Shown piece by piece: positions 40,261-50,831 of a stretch of 64,000 nt of DNA. Both the position numbers and the translations under genes were made by a program. The stretch's first letter is position 1, and each line of letters starts with the position of its first letter. The notes below the pieces were generated by a model. That model was not told the DNA's origin. It ran no database searches and saw nothing but the letters and a program-made list of their open reading frames with translations. The stretch comes from Alphaproteobacteria bacterium (GTDB taxonomy: Bacteria; Pseudomonadota; Alphaproteobacteria; UBA828): positions 352,001 through 416,000 of the forward strand of contig OZ243972.1 in NCBI GenBank assembly GCA_965214705.1, given 5' to 3'.

Positions 40261-40494
40261 CGGCCATCCTCTCCTGATACATGTTGGACAGGAAAAGCGT
40301 GCCGAACCGGCGCTACGATCTCAAGTCGGTGACTCCCTTGAACAGGATTTCTCGGACGAATATCAATCTGTTAACCGCATCAGCTTCGAAAACGTTGGGT
40401 AACTGCCCAGGTCTGCTTCCGCCGAGCACTCACGCGTGATGGACTGATGCCTCTGGCCTGGTGCCGCTGACGTGGAGCGGAGCGGCGGGGGATT

Positions 40495-42036
40495 TCAGAA
40501 GCGCAGTACCGGGATTAGCTGCATGGGATCGGGGTGCGCCAGGGTTTCGAGGACATTCCAGCGCTGTTTTCGAGCGGTGGCGATGACGGACCGCAGGTTT
40601 GCGAAGTCGCAGGCACCTTGCATCGAGCGGAAGCCGCCTGAGATTTTCTGACGCAGCTTGCCCATTCGCAGATCGCGCTCCGCCTCATTGTTCGAGAACG
40701 GGGTTCGCGGGTCGGTGAGGAAGCGCAGGCAGCCCTCCTTGTACTTCTGGAGCCGGAGCGCGAGGTTGTGACCGATGTGGCGCTTTTGTCGTCCGCGCTT
40801 TCCGGTCTGGAGCGGCGGCATCTCTTCGTGAGCGGCGATGGCACGTTCGAGGATGCGGTCCCAGGCTCGCGAGATGCGGGCGACCAGTGATGCGGGCACG
40901 TCGCGATCATTCTTGCGGGCGAAGCGGGCGGCTCTGTTGGCACGGGAGAGCAGCTGGTGCGTGCTCGTTGCCCAGTCTTCCTTCTCGATCTCGATCAGGG
41001 CCTGGAGCTCACGCAGGTGATGGGCGTTGCAGGCCCCGTGGCGCACGCCCTTGAGAGCGAAGTAGGTGGCATAGTCGTCATGGATGACGATGCCGTTGAG
41101 CTTCTCGTCGAAATGGCCGCGCCCGCTGGCGACGCGCAGGATGGTCAGCAACGGGGTGCACAGCACGTGGAGCCAATGGGTCCGGGCGGCGATGCGGATG
41201 CCGGTCTCGTCGAGGTGTTTGACCGGGGCTTCGGTGCGGATGATCTCTGCGACACGATCGAGGAAGCCCTCGAAGCGCCGGGCGGTGCGCCTGCCCATGG
41301 CGGCGATGGTGGCCGTTGAGATCTTGACCGCGAAGAGATCGCTCATGACCTCGGCGACGCGCTTCTCCGGAATGAACTGAGCGTGCAGCAGGTAGGTCAC
41401 CCACGCGGTGATGCGCGGCCCGTACTGGACCGGGGCGCTCACGCCGTTCGGGAAGGCGGCTGTTGTCATGGTACCGCAGGCGGCGCAGAGGCAGCGATGG
41501 CCGCGATGCTCGGTGGCCTCGAGGGGCTGCGGCTCGGGCACATCGAAGACCTGCCGGCAGACGGCGGCTCCGTGACGGTCGGCGTCCGACAGCGGCGCGC
41601 CGCAGCCCTCGCAGGCGGACGGATCATGATCCACGACGTGGTCCGGGTTCTCGGTCCGCTCCAGGGTGGTTCCCTTGTGGCCCGGCTGACCGCCGCTGGG
41701 CCTGTCGGATTTGCCGCGCCGGCTCCGGGTGCGCTTCTCCTGGTCTCCGCTCTTCTTCTTCAGGCCGTCGCTGGCCGGTGGCTTGGAGCTGGTGGTGCTG
41801 TCGAGCGCGGCGCTGCGCTCAAGTTCGGCGATCCGCTCGCGCAAGCGGGCGTTCTCCCGCTCCAGCGCGTCGTTCTCCTTGACCAGCGCCGCGCTCAGGC
41901 GAAGCAGCCCCTGGCCCCATTCCCGGATGGCTTTGACGGCGGTCATCGCGAAGGATTGTGGGGTGAAAAGGTCCTGCAGGCACGCGAAAGCCTCGTCGTG
42001 AGCGGCGAGGTCCGTGTGCCAGCGCGACACTGTCAC
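40495..42036 (-). CDS. tnpC: IS66-family transposase (single-ORF type); true start may be downstream
   Basis: SSKPPASD, HLDETG, CNAHHLREL, FSNNEAERDLR; homologous to 4819-6324. Confidence 0.9.
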   Translation of the reverse strand: MTVSRWHTDLAAHDEAFACLQDLFTPQSFAMTAVKAIREWGQGLLRLSAALVKENDALERENARLRERIAELERSAALDSTTSSKPPASDGLKKKSGDQEKRTRSRRGKSDRPSGGQPGHKGTTLERTENPDHVVDHDPSACEGCGAPLSDADRHGAAVCRQVFDVPEPQPLEATEHRGHRCLCAACGTMTTAAFPNGVSAPVQYGPRITAWVTYLLHAQFIPEKRVAEVMSDLFAVKISTATIAAMGRRTARRFEGFLDRVAEIIRTEAPVKHLDETGIRIAARTHWLHVLCTPLLTILRVASGRGHFDEKLNGIVIHDDYATYFALKGVRHGACNAHHLRELQALIEIEKEDWATSTHQLLSRANRAARFARKNDRDVPASLVARISRAWDRILERAIAAHEEMPPLQTGKRGRQKRHIGHNLALRLQKYKEGCLRFLTDPRTPFSNNEAERDLRMGKLRQKISGGFRSMQGACDFANLRSVIATARKQRWNVLETLAHPDPMQLIPVLRF

Positions 42037-42701
42037 AAACCCTCGTCAGCCTCGACGGCCATGATCGCGGCCAGCACCGCCAGGCGTTCGCCCGCCGGCA
42101 TGGCCTCGTAGCGCCGGCCCCAGTTGGCCGCCTTGCGCTTGATGCGCTGGCGGTCGGTGAAGTTGCGGCCCGCGCAGCTCGCCCAGTGCACCCGGTCGGG
42201 CGCGAAGTTGAACCACACCACCTCGGTCCGCACCCGGGCCTGGGTCGTCACCTGCAGCGCCAGCCGGCGCCAGCCCGCCAGCAACTCGTCATAGAGCGCA
42301 GACGGGTGGCCCGAGACCATCACCTGGCAGGGCAGACCCTTGAGCAGTTCGAGGAGCGCGACGTGGTCGGCCTCCTCGTACTCGAAGCGGTAGCGCTGCG
42401 ACGAACGCCGGGTCGCGTGCAGATAGGGCGGATCGCTGTAGACCAGCTCCGGGCCCAGGAACGGGAACGAGGCCAGAAAGGAGTGGGCGCAGCCGTGCAC
42501 CAACTCCACCGGGTAGCCACAGTCGAAGGACTCAAGCGCCCGCTCGTCGCGGTCAATCCCGATCGAGCGCACGGCCGCAGGCTTGCGCTTCATCAGCGCC
42601 CCGCCCCCCAAGTGGCTCTCAATATAGACAGGGTGCGGGGGCATCAGCGCAATCAGCGCCTGGCTCAGACCACTCGTCGCCTTCGATCCGAAATACCCCA
42701 C
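42033..42701 (-). CDS. D12/Dam-class N6-adenine DNA methyltransferase
   Basis: YFGSK, YIESHLGGGA (motif I), YSDPPY (motif IV). Confidence 0.8.
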   Translation of the reverse strand: MGYFGSKATSGLSQALIALMPPHPVYIESHLGGGALMKRKPAAVRSIGIDRDERALESFDCGYPVELVHGCAHSFLASFPFLGPELVYSDPPYLHATRRSSQRYRFEYEEADHVALLELLKGLPCQVMVSGHPSALYDELLAGWRRLALQVTTQARVRTEVVWFNFAPDRVHWASCAGRNFTDRQRIKRKAANWGRRYEAMPAGERLAVLAAIMAVEADEGL

Positions 42702-43185
42702 CGGCTGCTCCTCTCATGCGAGAGAGCAACCCATAGGCGAGCGCGCCTATACAGTCAAGGGGCAGATCATCGACGCGCCGACGGCCAAACGGCACCGGCG
42801 GCGACCAACATCAGCACGCACTCAGATCTGGCGGCGGGGTACCTGGGTAGTTACAACGTTGGGACACTAGTGACCTTGAACTGCACCTTCAGCACCGGAA
42901 CGTTCAGTGTCACCCCATCCCCCGCCTTCCGCCTTGTCATCGCCGGCATCATGGAGGCCGATGCCGTTGCGGCATTTCGGCGCCGCCGGGCCGCCCCGGC
43001 GCGTCACCCGAACGCTGCCCCGCGCTCGGCGCCCTTCCGCAGCGGCGCCGCGGCCGGCCGGGTGCTCGCCCTCATCGCAGACGAGGCGGCGCACGCGCAC
43101 GCGCACGCGCCCATCTGCGCTGCCGCAGCCTCCGCCGCGCTAACCTCCCGAGCGCCCGCACCCCGAAAAGAGCGAGAGGCCTGCC

Positions 43186-43941
43186 GTGACGGGGCCGCGG
43201 GCGGGCATTCCCGAGAGGCGCGCATTGCGGCCGGCCTCTGCCGCCGGTGCGGCCGCCGGCCGCCTGCGCCCAAACGCACTTCGTGCGAGGAATGTCTCAA
43301 GCGCAAGCGTGTCGCCGACCGGGCCAGGTATGACAAGGGCAAACTTGCCGGCCTGCTCTACGGCGGGTTCGATGCCGAGGTTCGAAGGCGCAACGCCCGC
43401 GCCAGGTCGAAGCGGCGCTATGAGGCGCGCAGGGCCGCTGGAACATGTACCCATTGCGGCCACCGCCCTCCCGCAGACGGGCGAACCAGGTGCGAGCCAT
43501 GCCTCAGCCGGCGCAGTGCCGCCGACCGGGATCAATGGGCAAGCAGACGGGAGCGCCGCCCCGGCGCCCGACGGTGCCGCGAGGTGCGGAACCTGCGCGG
43601 CGAAGCAGGCGGGCAGGCCGTCACGACGGGAATATGCCAGGAAGCAGTACGCACGGCGGCGCGTGCGAGGGGCATGCGCGGATTGCGGCGAGCACGCAGC
43701 CGGCGCCTCGCGATGCCCCACCTACGCACGCAGGTCGTGGCACCGCTCGACGGAACACCGCGGACTGCCCGCAGGTCCGCCCCGCTTCCGGGTCGTCGTC
43801 ATCGACACCGGCGAGACCCTCGAGGGCGAGTGGGAAACCCTGGCCGAGGCCCGCGCCTCGCTGGCCTTCGCCAAGCTCGGTCCCGACGACGTCGAGATCG
43901 GCTGCGACATGCCCGGGATGACGACGCTGGCCTCGTGGTGA
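43186..43941 (+). pseudogene. Cys-rich repeated zinc-finger-like protein, frameshifted
   Basis: Repeated R..AG.C..CG...C..C units spread over two frames; C-terminal IDTGE..WET.AEARASLAFAKL. Confidence 0.6.
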
Positions 43942-44139
43942 TCGTCCTCGACGTGTCCACCCGACGCCGGGCAACTCCCTGGAAGAAGCGCGCGGGAGCC
44001 AGGACAGGGACTCGGATCGGCTCCCGCGCACCCAGCAGGGACAGCGCCAATGTGGGCGTGGCGAGCCCATATGCTCATGCCCGTGCCGCACAAGATCCGC
44101 GGCGTCAATCCCGTGCGGACAGCAATGTCCCAGCCTTCC

Positions 44140-44425
44140 CGGTAACCCGGCACTTCCCGCTCCAGCGCGAGAACGCCTTCGCCGCGATCCTTTCTCCCTG
44201 AGCGTCGCCGCACCGTCCGTCCGTCCGGACGGCGGACAAATCGCGTTGTGCAGCCTCGTCACCGCTGGTCTGCCAGCACTGACGCACATTGCGGCCAAGC
44301 CAACCTCTCGCCCGAACCGAGAGCCGCGAGCCTGCGAATTGGGCCATCGCGCGTGAGCTGCAACACCCGAAAACGCCCGAACGCAGCCCGGATCGTCCGT
44401 AATTGGGGAACGTGGGATGGTCCTG
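44140..44425 (+). mobile_element. ISAs1 3'-end remnant
   Basis: TRHFPLQRENAFAAILSP* plus a trailer homologous (inverted) to 7598-7870; ends CGTGGGATGGTCCTG. Confidence 0.8.
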
Positions 44426-44490
44426 GAATGTTTACTGCTTGTTGAAGACTGCCCGGAGCAACTAAGCTGGCGGCGGACATTGGTCTGGCA

Positions 44491-45699
44491 ATGTATGGAT
44501 ACAGAATGCCACGCTGGATAGACCTTGCTGCGCTCCTCACGGCGTGCGCTGACGAATCTCACGACGACGGCATCCGCATTGACAGCCATCTTGAACCGCT
44601 TTCCGGCGCCGGTGGCACGGTCAAGCCGGCGGTCTACAAGGGCGGGATATATCAGCGCGACCGGCGGTGGGTTTCTCCTGAAGATGAGGAACCGGCACAG
44701 GTCATCGTCATCGACAACGTCCCTTCGCAGGCCAACCGCCTTGAGGAAGCCTTGCGGCGGAACCGCGAATCCACGTCGATACCGGAGTTCGTGCTTGACC
44801 TTTCGGAACTGCCGCATCTTCCCGCGCACCTGCCCCGATCCATGTCGAGCCTCCAGTTCCCTCACCGCAATGCGGATGCATACCTGCGCGACGCGCAATT
44901 GGACGGGAAGGATTTCCTCAAGACCGAGATCGGCCAAGCGATCTTCGGCGCAACGGCTCAGACCTGCGGACCGTTGATCGCATGGTTCCCACAAGCACTG
45001 CTTTACGGCTTCTGGCAATCTCATCTGGGCAAGAAGCGCCAGAACACCAAGCACGCGCGTGCGTGGGTCTCGGAGATCATCGGCTGGCAGCCGGCTTCGA
45101 CAGAGACAAAGGTTCTCGGGTTGAAGGGGGATGCCCTCAATCTGAACACGGACGACACCGTGACGTTCAATCCCGACGACCGCACGACATGGGAGGTCGG
45201 CAAGGGCGCGAGGGACAAGGGCGAGAAGAGCGACAAGCTCTCCGAGATCGGTCATGGGCAAGTGCCGTTCATGGGAAGCGACGCTTCGGCGGCGGCAGTG
45301 TCATTTGCGAAGGTGACGCAGCGCGCGACGGTGTCCTTTGCCCAGCTCCGGCGAGTGAGCCTGGGGAGCGATTCGGGGGACGAGGATGCGGCCGTCAGGG
45401 CGCTGCTGGTCGCGCTCGGACTGCACGCCCATCAGCTAGCCTTCGGCCGGGGATTCGCACTGCGGTCCGGCGCCGAACTCCGGCCCAGATCGACGACGGC
45501 GATCTGGCTTGGTGCGGGAGGCGACGAGCCAATCGACCTCGGCGGGCCCGAAATGACGAGCGCACTCCTCGAGTCGGCAAGAGAGCATGCGGCCTCCCAG
45601 GGAGTGCCACTCGACGGTTGGGGAGCGCCCGCAACGAGGCTTACTCCGAAACCGAACCTCAGCGCCGCAATCCGGTCGACCTGGCCCGAACTGGCCTGA
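44491..45699 (+). CDS. cas7: Type I-G Cas7 (Csb1)
   Basis: V.PAVY, IDNVPSQANRLE, PHRNADAY, P.ALLYGFW.S, SEIGHGQVP, LRSGAEL. Confidence 0.9.
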   Translation: MYGYRMPRWIDLAALLTACADESHDDGIRIDSHLEPLSGAGGTVKPAVYKGGIYQRDRRWVSPEDEEPAQVIVIDNVPSQANRLEEALRRNRESTSIPEFVLDLSELPHLPAHLPRSMSSLQFPHRNADAYLRDAQLDGKDFLKTEIGQAIFGATAQTCGPLIAWFPQALLYGFWQSHLGKKRQNTKHARAWVSEIIGWQPASTETKVLGLKGDALNLNTDDTVTFNPDDRTTWEVGKGARDKGEKSDKLSEIGHGQVPFMGSDASAAAVSFAKVTQRATVSFAQLRRVSLGSDSGDEDAAVRALLVALGLHAHQLAFGRGFALRSGAELRPRSTTAIWLGAGGDEPIDLGGPEMTSALLESAREHAASQGVPLDGWGAPATRLTPKPNLSAAIRSTWPELA

Positions 45700-47144
45700 T
45701 GCTGGCGATCAGCGTCGAGTTCCTGCACGGGACCTTCCGCGGTGACCCGGATGGCACCGCGGTCACCGGAAGGCTGACCCGAGGCGAGTGGCCGCCGTCT
45801 CCGGCACGGTTGTTCGCCGCGCTCGTGGCGGCCGACGGAACCCGGCAGGCTTCGCGAGTCACGGATGGCCGCGAGCTCGTCTGGCTGGAAAGACTGCCGC
45901 CCCCTGCGATTCATGCGCAACCCGACCCCTGGCATCAGAAGCTTCATCCCAGGTATGTCGTCGAGCACGTTTCGCGCGGCAAGCCGACGAAGACAACGCA
46001 TCATGAGTATGCTGCTCGAAGGGGCATTCTCTACCGCCCGGGCGTGCGGGTTGTGCCTCGCAATCCCCAGGTGGTCTACCGATGGGACGTCGAGCCGCCG
46101 AATTCGGTGATCTTCGACTCGATAGTGCGCCGCGCTGCGCGGGTGGGCTATCTCGGTACATCCGACTCCCCCGTGCGCGTCCGCGTGGTGACAGAGATGC
46201 CGCGCGGCGCGGCAGTCGAGGTGTTCGTTCCAGATCCGAAAGGCGGTGCCCGAATCGGTGTCCCAAGGTCGGGCGATGTCGATGCGCTGGACCGGATGTA
46301 CGACATCTGGCAGGAACGGGGTGCGTCGGCGACGCGCTCACAGTTTGCGGCACTCCTCCACTTGGCAACCTACCGGTCGCCCGGCGATCGTGAAGAGACG
46401 AACCGCGGAGAGGTGGTGGCGTGGCTGCGACTGCGCCCGGCGATCTCGGGGCGAAGGATTTCTGCTGTTGCCGCGTTGTTCAAAGATGCCGTCCTCAGCC
46501 GCCACCAGCGCGTGCATGGGGAGCCGCCTGCAATTCTGCACGGTCACGGGTTCGCGCGCTCGGGTTACGACCTGGCCCGTTATCTGGCGCTGCCTGATGT
46601 CGGCTTTCCACGTTCGCGGGGCCGCATCCACGGCCTGGCCCTGTGGCTTCCGCCTGGGTCCGACCGCGTTCAACGCCGGCAGGCCCGCGATGCGGCTCTT
46701 TTCATCGACGCGCTCGTCGGCCGGGACATCAAGGCGTCCGTGGAACCGCATGGAGACGAGGAACGCCCCTGGGCCGCGAATCCACGCCGCTGGCAGGGGC
46801 CATCGGCGGCTTGGATAACGGCGTTCCCCGTGATTCACGAGAGGCGGGGCGTTCCCGGTCTCTCGGAAGCCGTTCGCTGGTGCCGTCACGCCGGCCTGCC
46901 TGAGCCGGTGGCCTTTCGTTCACTGCGCACCCCGCTGATTCCGGGCGCGGTCGATCTGGCGCCGGCGGAGGTCAACCGTCCGGGGCGTCCAGCGCTACCG
47001 TATTCTCACGCCGAGTTCCGCTTCGCCGAACCCATCACGGGACCGGTCGTCGTTGGCGCCGGGCGGCAGCGTGGTCTTGGACTCTGCGCGCCAGTCGATG
47101 AGTGGCGCGAGGTCAGCACCTGGCGGCTTGGTGCGACCGTCTGA
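45699..47144 (+). CDS. csb2: Type I-G Csb2 (Cas5/Cas6 fusion)
   Basis: Start overlaps the cas7 stop; EWPPSPARLFAALVA, YLGTSDS, GPVVVGAGRQRGLGLC. Confidence 0.9.
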   Translation: MLAISVEFLHGTFRGDPDGTAVTGRLTRGEWPPSPARLFAALVAADGTRQASRVTDGRELVWLERLPPPAIHAQPDPWHQKLHPRYVVEHVSRGKPTKTTHHEYAARRGILYRPGVRVVPRNPQVVYRWDVEPPNSVIFDSIVRRAARVGYLGTSDSPVRVRVVTEMPRGAAVEVFVPDPKGGARIGVPRSGDVDALDRMYDIWQERGASATRSQFAALLHLATYRSPGDREETNRGEVVAWLRLRPAISGRRISAVAALFKDAVLSRHQRVHGEPPAILHGHGFARSGYDLARYLALPDVGFPRSRGRIHGLALWLPPGSDRVQRRQARDAALFIDALVGRDIKASVEPHGDEERPWAANPRRWQGPSAAWITAFPVIHERRGVPGLSEAVRWCRHAGLPEPVAFRSLRTPLIPGAVDLAPAEVNRPGRPALPYSHAEFRFAEPITGPVVVGAGRQRGLGLCAPVDEWREVSTWRLGATV

Positions 47145-49926
47145 TCCCGCGCGGATTCCGCCATTGCCTACGTTCACGGAGTTCTACCGCGCCATCAATG
47201 GACGCGATCCGTTTCCATGGCAGGCGCGTCTGGCCCGTCACGTCGCGAGCAAGGAGCAATGGCCAACCGAGATCGGCATACCCACCGGGCTCGGCAAGAC
47301 CGCCTGTCTCGACATCGCAGTGTGGTGGTTGGCGTCTCAGTCGGACCGCGTGCCGAAACGTCGCACCGCACCAACGCGCATCTGGTGGGTCGTCAACCGG
47401 CGCCTTCTCGTGGATTCGACGGCCGCGCACGCGAGGGATATCGCGAGCGCGCTCCGCAATCCCGCGTCGGTGGGGTCGGATACTATGGCGCGTGAGGTCA
47501 TCGAGCGGATCGCCGAGCGGCTCCGTGCGCTTTGGGTCGACCCCGACGCGCCTCCACTGGACGTGATCAGCCTCCGGGGCGGCATTGCTTCGCGCACCCC
47601 CACGGACCCCGCACGGCCGACCGTTGTCCTCTGCACGCTGCCGATGTACGGCTCGCGTCTGCTGTTTCGAGGCTATGGGTCGAGTCGACGGCCGGTCGAC
47701 GCGGCGATGGCCGGTACCGACAGCCTGGTGCTGCTGGACGAGGCGCACCTTGCGGGGCACCTGAGAACGTTGATCCCTGCTCTCGCCGCTTGTACTGCAA
47801 CTGCGCGCGAGGTACTCGGTCCGGAGCGCTCACGGCCGACGGTCGTCTCATTGACCGCGACAGGGGAGTCCGCACAGAGCGAACGGTTCGATCTGGACGG
47901 CGAAGACCAGGCGCACCCGGTCGTTGGTCAGCGGCTGGACGCCCGGAAGCCTCTGCAAGTGAACATCGCAAATGGCGAGTTGGCGAGACGGCTCGCGGAG
48001 GCTGCCGTCGCGCTCGTTCAGAAGGCTCCCGCTCCCGCTGCATGTCTTGTGTTCAGCAACACGCCGAAGACGGCACGAGAGGCATTCGAATTCTTGCGCA
48101 AGATGCTGCCGGAAGCGGAGATCCTGCTCCTCACGGGGCGCGTGCGTGAACGCGAAGCGACGCGGACCCGTGCCCGAATTCTCGATCCGGAGACAGGGAT
48201 GGCAACGGCCCGTGCCGCGGACGCACCGCGCGAGAATCACTTGATCGTGGTGGCGACGCAGACCTTGGAAGTAGGGGCTGATATCGACGCCGAATATCTT
48301 GTGACGGAGGCCTGCGGTGTCAGAGCGCTTACCCAACGATTGGGGCGGCTGAACAGACTCGGGCGTTTTCCCCACGCGCGTACAACTTACGTCCATGTGC
48401 CGCCATCGAGGTCTCGCCGAGTGAGTGGCTCGGCTACGGACATGGACACGTGGCCGGTGTACGGTCCGGAACCGAACACGGTACTCGATCGGCTGCAGAA
48501 ATCGCGATCCGGGAGCGCTGCCGAGACCGTCGATCTTTCTCCTCGGTCGATTGCCTCGGTATTGGGGCCGCCGCTCGACGACTCTGGCCGTGCACCAGAA
48601 ATCCTTCCGGGACTGCTGTATGAATGGACGAAGACGACAACGCCCCCCGAGGGCGAGGCGCCGGTGGAACCGTACTTCAGTGGCATCGCCGCCTCCCGGC
48701 TGTCGGTGGCCTTGCTTTGGCGCGCACACGTTCCGGCCCCGGGCCGGCGGCTATGGCCCCGGGGTACGGATCGCGAGGCCATCGAGGTGCCGTTGGTAGA
48801 GGCGCGCGAGGTTCTTGGGGAGGCTGTGATGTGCCGGTTGGCGCCGGATGGCGTCACGGTCGAGGAAGTATCCACCGGCAAATTGCATCCTGGGGACCGG
48901 ATCGTCGTCGCCAGCGACATGGGACTCATGGACCGGTTCGGTTGGAATCCCACCGCTTCAGATCCCGTCCCGGACGCGTCTCTCGCCAACCTGGGTCTGC
49001 CGCTCGATGCTGTCGCAATCAGGCGACTGTGCGGCGCGAACCTTGGTGGGTTCGTCGACACCGCATTGGGTATTGTCGACGACGACCGCGACCTCGACGA
49101 GACGGAACGGTCAGAAGCGGTGTCCGACATCCTTACGATACTCAGAGATACGCCAGTGCCGGCCGGGTGGGAGGAGGCGGAGTGGACCGAATTCATCGCC
49201 CGGCTGCGCCCGCGCGTTCTCGAACCTCGCAACGAAGTACCACGCCTGCTTGTCGACCAGCCTGGCGACGAGGCCCTGAACGATGAGTTTGACGAATTGT
49301 CGCTGGGCCCCGTCGCCGTCGAACTGGACCAGCATGGTCACGCTGTCGGGACCCGTGCAAGGACGGTGGCGGAACGGATCGGCCTGCCCGATGACTTACT
49401 GGAAGTGGTCGAGCGCGCCGCTCGGCTCCACGACATCGGCAAGGCCGACGAGCGCTTTCAGCGGTGGCTGGACTCACGGCGCGAATCGGGGCCGCTTCTT
49501 GCGAAGTCGAACGCGCCACGGCACCGCTGGGAGGCGATGCGCGTGTCGTCCGGCTGGCCCAGGGGAGGGCGGCACGAGGATCTGTCCGCGCGGCTGGTAA
49601 GCGCGTGGCTGGCGCTGACGCCCGATTGGGGCACGCCCCTTCAACGCGACCTCCTGGTCCATCTGGTGATCAGCCATCATGGAAAGGGGCGCCCGCTGGT
49701 GCCGCCCGCGGCCGACGGTTCCACCGGTTCTGTGGGTGGAGTCGTGGAGGGAGTATCGATATCGGCGGACGCGGACCTTGCCATCGTCGACTGGGAGCAG
49801 CCAAGTCGATTTCGGCAGCTGCAGGACCGGCTCGGGCCTTGGGGACTGGCATTGCTGGAGTGCGTCGTCATCCGCGCCGACCATGCCGTTTCGGCCGGCG
49901 TCGACGGGACACTGGGGGACACCTGA
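47131..49926 (+). CDS. cas3: Type I-G Cas3 helicase with C-terminal HD nuclease
   Basis: PFPWQ, PTGLGKT, DEAH, TQTLEVGADID, QRLGRLNR; LHDIGK, RHE, SHHG, RADH. Confidence 0.93.
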   Translation: MRPSDPARIPPLPTFTEFYRAINGRDPFPWQARLARHVASKEQWPTEIGIPTGLGKTACLDIAVWWLASQSDRVPKRRTAPTRIWWVVNRRLLVDSTAAHARDIASALRNPASVGSDTMAREVIERIAERLRALWVDPDAPPLDVISLRGGIASRTPTDPARPTVVLCTLPMYGSRLLFRGYGSSRRPVDAAMAGTDSLVLLDEAHLAGHLRTLIPALAACTATAREVLGPERSRPTVVSLTATGESAQSERFDLDGEDQAHPVVGQRLDARKPLQVNIANGELARRLAEAAVALVQKAPAPAACLVFSNTPKTAREAFEFLRKMLPEAEILLLTGRVREREATRTRARILDPETGMATARAADAPRENHLIVVATQTLEVGADIDAEYLVTEACGVRALTQRLGRLNRLGRFPHARTTYVHVPPSRSRRVSGSATDMDTWPVYGPEPNTVLDRLQKSRSGSAAETVDLSPRSIASVLGPPLDDSGRAPEILPGLLYEWTKTTTPPEGEAPVEPYFSGIAASRLSVALLWRAHVPAPGRRLWPRGTDREAIEVPLVEAREVLGEAVMCRLAPDGVTVEEVSTGKLHPGDRIVVASDMGLMDRFGWNPTASDPVPDASLANLGLPLDAVAIRRLCGANLGGFVDTALGIVDDDRDLDETERSEAVSDILTILRDTPVPAGWEEAEWTEFIARLRPRVLEPRNEVPRLLVDQPGDEALNDEFDELSLGPVAVELDQHGHAVGTRARTVAERIGLPDDLLEVVERAARLHDIGKADERFQRWLDSRRESGPLLAKSNAPRHRWEAMRVSSGWPRGGRHEDLSARLVSAWLALTPDWGTPLQRDLLVHLVISHHGKGRPLVPPAADGSTGSVGGVVEGVSISADADLAIVDWEQPSRFRQLQDRLGPWGLALLECVVIRADHAVSAGVDGTLGDT

Positions 49927-50831
49927 TGCATGCTCTCACCTGTCCGGGTCTACCCGCTTCGTGGGTCAATGCCTGGCTCGCGGGTATAGGTGCGACGGTG
50001 CTGGATTGCCGCATTCGACTGCACTGGACCGAAGAGGATGCGCCCGTGGCCGTGCTCTCATCGGTCGAGATCGATCCGGTTGCGGCGTTGGTCGAATCGT
50101 GGCCGGACGAAGCATTTCTGAGTGAGCTGCCGATTGCCGAGAACTGGCGCGTGGATGGCGAACTGAAGCGGAAGGTATCGATCGAGCAGTTCGTTGCACG
50201 AGTGCAGGGGGCGCGTGGAGATCCGCATGCCTGGACGCTCTCCTCAACAATGACGGATCTAAGTGTCTACCAGGACGGAGAGGTTGCTCACGCTCCCCTC
50301 GACCCCGCCGCTACCGGAACGACGAAATGGCTGCATCATCGGTTGCTGAAGGTTCACGAACTGATCGGGCCGGGACGCGAGGAACGTCTGCGTGATTCGC
50401 TGATCGGGCGGGCGCAGCGAGTCAAGAGCAACGGCCTTGGGTTTGACAGCACGCGGCTAGGGTCTTTGGCGGACTCATCGGATCCGTGGGTCGAACCCGT
50501 GATTGAGTTGCTGGCGTTCTTCGGTTTGGCGGTGTTTCCGGTACGAGGTCGGGGCGTGGACCGTCGGCTCAGTCGCTACGGTGATCCGGACGAGCGGCAG
50601 CGGGGGTGGCGGAGAGCGCCGGGTAGTAACGAGCCACGACGGCTCGTCTGGCCTGCATGGCACCAACCTCTTTCCGCTGCCGGCGTCGATGCGTTGCTGG
50701 ATGTATGGAGACCCTTCTCCCCTAAGCAAGCTTGGGGCGTCCTCGGCGTCCACGCTGGTTGGCGGAGCGTCGAGTATGAAGCCAGGGCCAAGGCCGATCC
50801 CACGAGAGGCATCGGATCGGAAATGCTTTGA
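49926..50831 (+). CDS. Putative type I-G large subunit (short Cas8u/Csb3-like, ~301 aa)
   Basis: Translationally coupled between cas3 and cas4; N-terminal WLAGIG and VIELLAFFGL..FPV resemble Cas8u. Confidence 0.6.
   Translation: MHALTCPGLPASWVNAWLAGIGATVLDCRIRLHWTEEDAPVAVLSSVEIDPVAALVESWPDEAFLSELPIAENWRVDGELKRKVSIEQFVARVQGARGDPHAWTLSSTMTDLSVYQDGEVAHAPLDPAATGTTKWLHHRLLKVHELIGPGREERLRDSLIGRAQRVKSNGLGFDSTRLGSLADSSDPWVEPVIELLAFFGLAVFPVRGRGVDRRLSRYGDPDERQRGWRRAPGSNEPRRLVWPAWHQPLSAAGVDALLDVWRPFSPKQAWGVLGVHAGWRSVEYEARAKADPTRGIGSEML

Larger units (their letters stand above)
40399..42854 (-). mobile_element. IS66-family element with a DNA methyltransferase passenger
   Basis: Ends GTAACTGCCCAGGT / ACCTGGGTAGTTAC; 8-bp TSD AACGTTGG at 40391-40398 and 42855-42862. 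Confidence 0.88.
34712..42872 (-). mobile_element. IS4-family element carrying several nested insertions
   Basis: Inverted repeats CACTAGTGTCCCAACGTT / AACGTTGGGACACTAGTG; 9-bp TSD ACCTTGAAC at 34703-34711 and 42873-42881. Confidence 0.88.

Noticed and set aside
43089-43111. Short (GCGCAC)n microsatellite
   Set aside because: About four units in apparently non-coding GC-rich DNA; no evidence of function
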